Assembly (NCBI GenBank): GCA_043754535.1
Contig: JAYUUN010000078.1
Location: 1 to 33,969, forward strand
Reading direction: 5' to 3'
DNA: 33,969 bases
DNA from: Chloroflexota bacterium
Lineage (GTDB): Bacteria; Chloroflexota; Chloroflexia; QHBQ01
The position numbers and the translations under genes are program-made. This document shows, one piece after another, positions 28,001 to 33,969 of this stretch; position 1 is the stretch's first letter, and each line of letters starts with the position of its first letter. Below the pieces are notes generated by a model. The model saw nothing but the letters and a program-made list of their open reading frames with translations, had not been told where the DNA came from and ran no database searches.

Positions 28001-29383
28001 GTGTACGTAGAAGCTATTGGCCGCAACCCGCAGGGCCACAACTTCGACCGCATCACCACGACCATGTTCCAGGCTAGCTCTGCTGCTACCTTCAGTGGCA
28101 GCTACAGCGAACGGGCCTACGACGACGACAGCGACGGCCTCTACAACCGCCTGGTACTGACCAGCGGACTCACCGTGGTGAACGAGGGCAGCTACCTGCT
28201 CAATGGCTGTCTGACCAAAGCCGACGGCAGCACTATCGCTTGCACCGGCAACAATGTCACCCTGGCCCAGGGCAGCCAGCAGGTCAGCCTCACCTTTAGC
28301 GGGCAGGAGATCGCGGCAGCCCTGGCCGATGGCCCCTACCAACTACGCGACCTCAGCCTCTCCTATCTCGGAGGCGGTGGCCTCGGCCTGGCCGAACAGC
28401 CGCTCGCTTACACCACCAGCAGCTATAGCCGCTACGCCTGGCAGCGCAACAACGTGATCCTCGCGGCCCCGGCGCGGGAGAGTGCGCTAGACAACGACAA
28501 CAACGGGCGTTATGACCAACTACAGGTAGCAATCCCAGTTGATGTGCGCTCGGCAGGCAGCTACAATGTTAGCCTAAACCTCGTTGCCCCCGATGGCAGC
28601 GTGGTAGTCAGCAGCAGCGCAGGGGCGGTGCAGCTTGCCGCTGGCGGTAGCACCCTGACCGTTAACTTTGATGGAGCGGCTATCGGCAGGCGTGGGTTGG
28701 ACGGCCCCTATAGGGTCGCTGACCTCAGCGTGCAGAACTCAGCGAGCGGTAGCTACCTGGGCAGCGTGCTGGCGGCAACCCGACCTTACCTGGCGGGCGA
28801 CTTCGAGGGCGGCCCAACTTGCACCGCCAGCTTCAGCGACGTGCCATCCACGAGCATCTTCTACAGCGACATTCGTTACCTCTCCTGCCGCACGCTGATC
28901 AGCGGTTACGCCAACCCCAGCGGCAGCTACCGCTTCGAGCCGGGTACCAATGCCACTCGCGGCCAGTTCGCTAAGGTCGCTACCCTCTCCTTCGGCCTGC
29001 CGCTGCACAGCACTGGCAACCCAACCTTCGGCGACGTGCCGTATGGCTCCGTCTTCTACCCCTATGTCGAAGCAGCTAGCGGGGCTGGGGTGATCAGCGG
29101 CTACCCCGACGGCCTGTTCCGGCCCAACGCTCTCGTCACCCGCGCCCAGGTCGCCAAAATCGTCACCCTGGCCCGCCACTATCCACTACTCAACCCGACC
29201 CAGGCCCGCTTCCAAGATGTACCCGCAGGCAGCTTTGCCTACCCGTATGTCGAGACGCTGGTCAGCAAGGGCATCCTCAGCGGTGCAGCTTGTGGCCCAG
29301 CAAGCTGCTTCCGCCCGAACGACAACATCCGCCGCGACGAACTGGCGAAAGTGGTGCGCCGGGCAGTCGAGAGTACGCCTTGA
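25094..29383 (+). CDS. Large secreted SLH-anchored protein with alpha/beta-hydrolase (lipase-like) domain
   Basis: GAGGAG RBS, signal peptide, Ser/Thr repeats, ILGHSMGG (26576-26593), LLGSPNDGS, CPNDQIV, poly-Gly, beta-rich domains, two DxDxxGxY modules, three C-terminal SLH repeats. Confidence 0.88.
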   Translation: MSKLLKRWSVYLALLVTLSLGLAQLPAVAAPATYGAAASQPAIVPNAIVTAINCASPTRSDEACPTALASSTVEPTTTGVVSGTATTCVPSLRSTPARAVATSTAVLTAEPSVSAIATCGTGSPSPGPSTSVTSQPSVSVTSEPSVSVTSEPSVSVTSEPSVSVTSDPSASVSVSPSSTVTPEPSATWTGVASSTSTGTASASPTYTPTSTYTSTYTATPTYTSTYTPTPTATATPEDCPTATPTPAAGAQEPKTEQGDDSYRVKNTKTNVCELTLTFKIGRYYGPTNANGKIKPEQLGITIDQTGNLIIETAGAQGLITVTFAGKTYPAEQAGNNRTIRLQVNNDQVKQLNLPANKGNGGFPPLASNDLVIKLEKKATTIKSATLLLAGMRPLITSAGFNLARVQDCGTTQCMEATSSGYWLWRFDEMRFMVEYPARNGHASLLGGGNDPLFNGGLNILQAVDKALTDYGLRDRNDANPNDNLKKAVGKVNILGHSMGGLWGRSALFQMQRGKNTPVDKMMLLGSPNDGSTWADILDQAGRRACGFARREPWPAYVWGGIFVGWVETPAHILWRNSVSFCLHYHAVKAALTNLTTGYMTVFNRILLPTEMQLAHRAAGDGKPVTYITLAGSALPCVWPASTIGCPNDQIVTVASANGGNMAVLAKTLPPIVINGWPRLPLDIATSLVNFTLAQQDTLHQALTKENEPVGAPARSLRDPADPNGHSIFRNTLLPTFWYMANNYELDSIRNAGNGGGGGGGGGGLLAGSGAAKSSLAKSSLAATTSNPADDYYSYPTINGSLSINESYSHTVSLDDGTQNAFFNLSWINETATVQFTLRDPAGRLVGANYPGATYLTGTTTVGFSIENPLAGDWQVVATGAGGTLYEPYKVSVGLLGGLSVNPQVSTNSSRLGQPLTITTTLGSPISNAVVTAIIYYPGEDVATTTLQLAPLGGGVYRGQYIPIIAGDYMVYVEAIGRNPQGHNFDRITTTMFQASSAATFSGSYSERAYDDDSDGLYNRLVLTSGLTVVNEGSYLLNGCLTKADGSTIACTGNNVTLAQGSQQVSLTFSGQEIAAALADGPYQLRDLSLSYLGGGGLGLAEQPLAYTTSSYSRYAWQRNNVILAAPARESALDNDNNGRYDQLQVAIPVDVRSAGSYNVSLNLVAPDGSVVVSSSAGAVQLAAGGSTLTVNFDGAAIGRRGLDGPYRVADLSVQNSASGSYLGSVLAATRPYLAGDFEGGPTCTASFSDVPSTSIFYSDIRYLSCRTLISGYANPSGSYRFEPGTNATRGQFAKVATLSFGLPLHSTGNPTFGDVPYGSVFYPYVEAASGAGVISGYPDGLFRPNALVTRAQVAKIVTLARHYPLLNPTQARFQDVPAGSFAYPYVETLVSKGILSGAACGPASCFRPNDNIRRDELAKVVRRAVESTP
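25475..25618 (+). repeat. 24-bp coding tandem repeat (PSVSVTSE), 5 clear units plus a degenerate one
   Basis: ccctcggttagcgtgactagcgaa-like units with synonymous differences. Confidence 0.9.
27353..27433 (+). repeat. (GGC/GGT)10 poly-Gly and 15-bp duplication (AKSSL x2)
   Basis: Gly run at 27353-27382; gctaagagcagcct(g/t) twice at 27404-27433. Confidence 0.85.
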
Positions 29384-29437
29384 GCAGCAGCACTGCTGAC
29401 TAAGGGCCAGGGCTAAGCATAGCCACAGCCAAAGCAG

Positions 29438-29469
29438 AAGCACTACGGCACAGTGTCGTAGTGCTTTTT
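29438..29469 (+). terminator. Rho-independent terminator
   Basis: AAGCACTACGGCA-CAG-TGTCGTAGTGCTT followed by TTT, 55 nt after the stop. Confidence 0.85.
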
Positions 29470-29597
29470 GCGTGTCCGCTAATAGGATGAGGATAGTTGC
29501 TATGCAGGCTCAAGTGGCAGCAGCAAGCCTGGGCTAGATCGGTTATAATATGGATTGTCACCCACCACCTGGCAGTTAGAAGGAGAAGTCCTCAAGG

Positions 29598-31022
29598 ATG
29601 CTCAAAGCTATCTTCGCCCTCACCCTCCTGCGCTATCCCGGCCTGGTAAGGGCTATCGTCACTTTCAACCTGGCTGCGGGCTGGAGCCTCCTGGTGATCA
29701 ATGGCTTTTCGCGCACTGCCACGATCCTCCTCCTCCTGCTCAGTGCCGCCTCGCTGGCAGCCATTCTGCTAATCGAGCGGTACTATGTGGCCGTTGTCCT
29801 CAGCCTCTGCTTCTTCCACACTGGCCTGATCGCCTACATCTGCGCGGTAGGTTACGCCCTCAACACCACTCCCTTCTACCCCGCTGTCTTGATCGATATC
29901 ACCCTCGCGGGCCTGCTCCTTGGTGGCCTGGGGGCTACACTTACTGCCACTTGGGCTATATTGCTGCTCACCCTCAGCGAGTGGGCCACAGCAGCCCACT
30001 GGCTACCTTTGCCTGCCAACTATATCCCTACCCCACGCAGCCTCTTTATCTTCGGCTTCTCTATCAACCTCACCATCATCCTGGTCGTCTATGCCGTAGT
30101 CATCTTCTTTGCTTATGTGGTGCGTGATGCTCTTGCTCAGGTAGGCCAGCAACGCGACGATCTTGCACTTTCCAACGCAACTCTCCGGCAGAAGCAGCAG
30201 GTGGAGCAGCAGGTGAACACTTCTGTGGCGCAAGTTGTCACCAGCCTCACTGCCGTCGCTGGTCAGCAGCTACACAGTGCCAGCCAGCAGGTTAGTGCCA
30301 TCAGCCAGGTGACAACTACTATTGAGCAGTTGGCCCAGACTGCCCGCTCGATAGACGAGACAGCCATGTTGGTGGGGGTGGAGGCGCAGCAGGCACTCGA
30401 CGAGCTAGCCGTCTCACAGCAGGCGGTAAGCGACAGTGCCGCTGCAATGCTACGCATCCGCAGCCAGGTGCAGCAGATAGTAGGGCGTACTATTGCCCTC
30501 AACGAGCGCATCCAACAGATCAGCGTGGTCGTTGGTACCGTCAGTGCCATTGCCGCAGAAACTCACCTGCTGGCCCTCAACGCAGCTATTGAAGCAGCGG
30601 GGGCGGGAGCAGCGGGCGAGCGTTTCGCGGTGGTCGCTGTCCAGGTCAAGCGGCTAGCTCGTCGCTCACAGCAAGAAGCACACAGCATCCGAGAACTGGT
30701 ACTGGAAGTGCAGCGGGCTAATGCGGCCTCGGTGATGGCAACCGAACAGGGGCTAAAGGATGTGGACAGTGGGGGCCAACGTACCAGGGCGGCTACCGAC
30801 TCTACCCTGGCGGCAATTGAGCGGGTAGGCCAAACTACCAGTCGGATGCAGGGGATTGCGATGGCAACCCAACAGCAACGTAGTGCTGCCAGCCAGAGTG
30901 TAGTGGCGATGCAGCAACTCAAGCTAGCTGCGGCTGGGGTAGCGGCCTCAGCAGGTGAGATCGATATGACGGTCAGCACCCTCAGCAGCATGGCAACGCA
31001 GCCCCGCCCTGCAGATGGCTAG
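29598..31022 (+). CDS. Methyl-accepting chemotaxis protein with multi-TM N-terminus
   Basis: Hairpin-tip signature IAAETHLLALNAAIEAAGAG..GERFAVVA.QVKRLA; 5-6 TMs; AGGAG RBS; TATAAT at 29544-29549. Confidence 0.92.
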   Translation: MLKAIFALTLLRYPGLVRAIVTFNLAAGWSLLVINGFSRTATILLLLLSAASLAAILLIERYYVAVVLSLCFFHTGLIAYICAVGYALNTTPFYPAVLIDITLAGLLLGGLGATLTATWAILLLTLSEWATAAHWLPLPANYIPTPRSLFIFGFSINLTIILVVYAVVIFFAYVVRDALAQVGQQRDDLALSNATLRQKQQVEQQVNTSVAQVVTSLTAVAGQQLHSASQQVSAISQVTTTIEQLAQTARSIDETAMLVGVEAQQALDELAVSQQAVSDSAAAMLRIRSQVQQIVGRTIALNERIQQISVVVGTVSAIAAETHLLALNAAIEAAGAGAAGERFAVVAVQVKRLARRSQQEAHSIRELVLEVQRANAASVMATEQGLKDVDSGGQRTRAATDSTLAAIERVGQTTSRMQGIAMATQQQRSAASQSVVAMQQLKLAAAGVAASAGEIDMTVSTLSSMATQPRPADG

Positions 31023-31082
31023 GCAGTCAGTGCTTGAAGCTCTGCTGTTCATTGCCCCACCACCCGTACTGCCCAGTCAGCC

Positions 31083-32018
31083 TCAGTGCATCAGCAGAGC
31101 TAGCAAACCCTTCTGTGCGTGCAGGCGGTTCTCGGCTTCGTCGAAGACGACGCTCTGCGGGCCGTCGATCACCTCGTCGGTGATCTCGCTACCGCGATGG
31201 GCGGGCAGGCAGTGCATCACCAACGCATCCTTGTGGGCGAGGCCAACTAGCTGCCTGTTGATCTGGTAGGGGGCGAAGATGCGGGCGCGCTCTGCGGCTT
31301 CGTCCTCCTGGCCCATGCTGGCCCACACGTCGGTGTATATCACATCAACGCCACGCACCGCTTCGGGGTCGTTGCTGAACTCGACGCTAGCACCAGTGGT
31401 GGCGGCCAGTTCCCGTGCCTTGCCCTCAACCAGCTTGATTTCCAGATCATAACCTTCGGGGTGGACGACCTTCATGTTTACACCCATCGTGGCGCAGGCG
31501 AGCAATAGGCTGGCGGCCACGTTGTTGCCGTCACCGACGAAGGCCAGGGTGAGACCACGTAGAGCGCGCCGCTTCTCGTAGATAGTAAAGAGGTCGGCTA
31601 GTGCCTGACAAGGGTGTTCGTCGTTGCTGAGGCCGTTAATCACTGGCACGCCCGCATACCGGGCCAGGTCCACTACCTTCTGATGCTCGAAGACGCGGGC
31701 CATGATGCCGTCCACCATGCGACCAAAGACGCGGGCGATGTCAGCGACCGACTCGCGCTTGCCGAGGCCGATGTCGTTGGGGCTGAGGTAGAGTGCGTGG
31801 CCGCCAAGCTGGAACATCCCCGTCTCGAAGCTGACGCGCGTGCGGGCGGAGGGCTTCTCGAAGATCATGGCGAGAGCGCGGCCCTTGAGGATGTCGTGCG
31901 CTTCACCCGCCTTGGTGCGTCGCTTGAGGTCGGTAGCCATGTCGAACACGGCCCACGTCTGCTCTGCATTGAGGTCGGCACTGGATACGAGGCTACGCCC
32001 CTTCATGCTGAATGCCAC
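31083..32018 (-). CDS. argF: Ornithine carbamoyltransferase
   Basis: [54 protein letters not shown] 32018 follows AGGAGG. Could be named arcB by context. Confidence 0.95.
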   Translation of the reverse strand: MAFSMKGRSLVSSADLNAEQTWAVFDMATDLKRRTKAGEAHDILKGRALAMIFEKPSARTRVSFETGMFQLGGHALYLSPNDIGLGKRESVADIARVFGRMVDGIMARVFEHQKVVDLARYAGVPVINGLSNDEHPCQALADLFTIYEKRRALRGLTLAFVGDGNNVAASLLLACATMGVNMKVVHPEGYDLEIKLVEGKARELAATTGASVEFSNDPEAVRGVDVIYTDVWASMGQEDEAAERARIFAPYQINRQLVGLAHKDALVMHCLPAHRGSEITDEVIDGPQSVVFDEAENRLHAQKGLLALLMH

Positions 32019-32064
32019 GGCTGTTGCTTCCTCCTGTATAATGCTGGTTTTGTGCCACAAACAA

Positions 32065-32085
32065 GGGCGTACCCGCTGTACGCCC
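32065..32085 (-). terminator. Hairpin terminator downstream of the hicB-like gene
   Basis: GGGCGTAC-5 nt-GTACGCCC followed by TTGTTT on the minus strand. Confidence 0.6.
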
Positions 32086-32130
32086 CACCCTGCTTGCTGA
32101 ACTGCTGTCTTGTCCACGAGCGCACTGCTG

Positions 32131-32595
32131 CTAGGCGGCGAGAGGTACGTCGGCCTGGTTGAAGAACTCGTCCCAGGTTTCCTCGGCGGCCTGCTCATCA
32201 TCCTCGGCCAGGGTAAGTAGTTCGTCCAGGCTGAGGCCGACTGAGTGAGCGATGTTGGCGAGAGTGCCAGGGGGGATCAGTTCGTCGTCGAAGTTGGGGA
32301 CGGTAACGAACAAATCCTGCTGCGTCTCGCTGGGGTCGTTGAGGTGGGACTCGAGGGCGCGGACGATGCGCTCCTCGGCCTGCATCAGACCGTGTCCATA
32401 GCTGAAGCAGCCGGGTACCTCGGCTACGCTGGCGTTGTAGTATCCATAGAAGTCGCTGTCGTACTCTGGAACGAACAGGAGGGTATAGTTGCGCCCAGCG
32501 ATCTGCACCCAACTCTGGATCGCCTGGTCGGCATTGGTATGTCCGTGGCTGTGCTGGCGGTCGTTCATCTCTGCGTCCCTTGTCTCTTTGTGCAT
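32131..32595 (-). CDS. HicB-family antitoxin-like protein with HicA-like C-terminal segment
   Basis: YTLLF....[17 protein letters not shown]....[13 protein letters not shown] (HicB), then VTVP...[20 protein letters not shown]. Start is ATG 32595 (possibly leaderless) or 32568. Confidence 0.8.
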   Translation of the reverse strand: MHKETRDAEMNDRQHSHGHTNADQAIQSWVQIAGRNYTLLFVPEYDSDFYGYYNASVAEVPGCFSYGHGLMQAEERIVRALESHLNDPSETQQDLFVTVPNFDDELIPPGTLANIAHSVGLSLDELLTLAEDDEQAAEETWDEFFNQADVPLAA

Positions 32596-32601
32596 AGCTG
32601 T

Positions 32602-32610
32602 ATTATACCA
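32602..32610 (-). promoter_or_regulatory. Extended -10 (TGGTATAAT) for the hicB-like gene
   Basis: TATAAT ends 6 nt before ATG 32595. Confidence 0.6.
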
Positions 32611-32718
32611 CAAGAGGCCGCAAAAGGCGGCAAGTGTGGGCTGCAAAGAGCAGTAGCGGACGATAGCGCGCAGCAAGCTATACCCCCGTTTCAACTACCA
32701 TTTGCTTGCCGCCGTAGC

Positions 32719-33666
32719 TTAGTCGTTGCTCTTGACAATGATCGTGCCAGTGCGTTCGTCCAGGGCAGCGAGGGCGTTTTCGATGCGGGTAATGACTGAA
32801 ATGCGGCTGCGACCAGACTCGGCGAAGCGGATGGCAGCATGCACCTTCGGCAGCATACTGCCCTTCGCAAACTGGCCTTCTTCCACATACTGGCGTGCTT
32901 TGGCCGAGGTAAGCCGACCAAGATCGCGCTGCTCTGGGGTGCGGAAGTTGATCGCGGCATGGGCTACGTCCGTGAGGATCAGCAGGCGGTCTGCGTCCAA
33001 CTGGTCAGCAAGCAATGCCCCGACGAGGTCTTTGTCGATCACCGCTTCGATACCACGTAGCTGCCCGGCTTCGCGCAGCACTGGCACGCCACCACCCCCA
33101 GAGCAGATCACGACTGCGCCATAAAGGAGCATCTGCAAGATAGGGCCGATCTCGATGATCTCGTGGGGAGTGGGCGAGGGGACAACGCGGCGGTAGCCAC
33201 GCCCGCTATCTTCGACCATCGCGTAGCCCTTCGCCTTGAGGTCGTCAGCCTCGGCTTCGCTGTAGAAGGGGCCAATCGGCTTGCTGGGTGACTGGAAGGC
33301 GGGGTCGGCGGCCTCAACCAACACCTGGGTGAGGATGGTAACGACCGGCTTCCTGATCCCCCTGGCAGCGAGGGCGTTGCTGAGCGACTGTTGGATCATA
33401 TAGCCGATCATACCCTGGCTCTCTGCGCCACACACATCCATTGGCATCGGCGGCACTGTGGCCTTCGCCAACTCCTGCTGAAGCAGCAGATCGCCAACCT
33501 GGGGGCCGTTGCCGTGGGTGATCACCACACGGTAGCCCGCCTCGATAATGGCGGCCACCTGGTTCATGCTCTCCTGAACGTGGTGTAGCTGCTGACTAAA
33601 CTCGCCCGCTTCCTTGCTGCTCTTGATCGCGTTGCCTCCCAGCGCGACCACGATTGTCTCGGCCAT
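32719..33666 (-). CDS. arcC: Carbamate kinase
   Basis: VVALGGNA, ITHGNGPQVG, SQGMIGY, PSKPIGPFY, RRVVPSP, GGGGVPV, EAVIDKD, GSMLPKV; AAAGGAG RBS. Confidence 0.97.
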   Translation of the reverse strand: MAETIVVALGGNAIKSSKEAGEFSQQLHHVQESMNQVAAIIEAGYRVVITHGNGPQVGDLLLQQELAKATVPPMPMDVCGAESQGMIGYMIQQSLSNALAARGIRKPVVTILTQVLVEAADPAFQSPSKPIGPFYSEAEADDLKAKGYAMVEDSGRGYRRVVPSPTPHEIIEIGPILQMLLYGAVVICSGGGGVPVLREAGQLRGIEAVIDKDLVGALLADQLDADRLLILTDVAHAAINFRTPEQRDLGRLTSAKARQYVEEGQFAKGSMLPKVHAAIRFAESGRSRISVITRIENALAALDERTGTIIVKSND

Positions 33667-33740
33667 GCCTCTCCTTTTCTGGGGCGAGCAACACTGCCCG
33701 CGTGCGGTTGGCCCAACGCGGCAGTGCGGCAGGCGCGGCT

Positions 33741-33749
33741 ATTATACCA
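33741..33749 (-). promoter_or_regulatory. Extended -10 (TGGTATAAT) for arcC
   Basis: TGnTATAAT 75 nt upstream of the ATG. Confidence 0.6.
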
Positions 33750-33879
33750 GAGTAGAGGGAGTGCAGGGAAGGGCTGACTTGCCAGCTGGCGAACTTGTGG
33801 CGGGCGGACCTGCTTGCGCCGACCAACCCTACACCGCAGCCTGCCTAATCTGCTAGCCACTGCTTCCCCTGCCGCTTGT

Positions 33880-33968
33880 GCGCCAAAGTGCCAGCGGGTT
33901 GCACTCGCGTGGAAATCGCTCTCTAGCCAGCTAAGTACCTTCAGCGGGCGCAGGCAGAAGGTGCGGGT
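33880..33968 (-). CDS. Possible 3' part of a pyridoxamine-5'-phosphate-oxidase-like gene entering from outside the window
   Basis: Frame reads TRTFCLRPLKVLSWLESDFHASATRWHF, reminiscent of the C-terminus of that family; the first in-frame stop is only at 33564, so the end is uncertain. Confidence 0.3.
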
Positions 33969-33969
33969 G

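Noticed and set aside
25094..29383. Polymorphic toxin with immunity gene
   Set aside because: The hydrolase is internal, the C-terminus is SLH, and a terminator follows with no small immunity ORF.
32037..32042. Plus-strand TATAAT as an antisense promoter toward the hicB-like gene
   Set aside because: No -35 or proper TGn extension; it abuts the OTCase RBS and may be chance.

Overview
GC-rich bacterial chromosomal window. The Cys-containing SLH domains, Thr/Pro-rich linkers and MCP signature suggest Chloroflexota (inference). It is dominated by cell-surface and signalling genes: an AAC(6')-Ia-like GNAT acetyltransferase divergent from a truncated MerR gene that retains a 19-bp-spacer promoter; an operon of a zinc-ribbon/tandem cyclophilin-like protein, its deleted paralog, a GT4 and a GT-C-type membrane protein; a membrane-anchored degenerate ferrochelatase-like gene; an ECF sigma factor with a 1206-aa anti-sigma-like protein carrying 14 propeller blades, followed by a broken SLH/propeller gene; DUF5996; an SLH-GH5 glucanase; an HTH-STAND-TPR regulator; a 1429-aa SLH-anchored lipase-like protein; an MCP; and arcC-[hicB::partial hicA chimera]-OTCase. 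No rRNA, tRNA, CRISPR array or transposase was recognised. All family calls come from reading motifs by eye, not from database searches.
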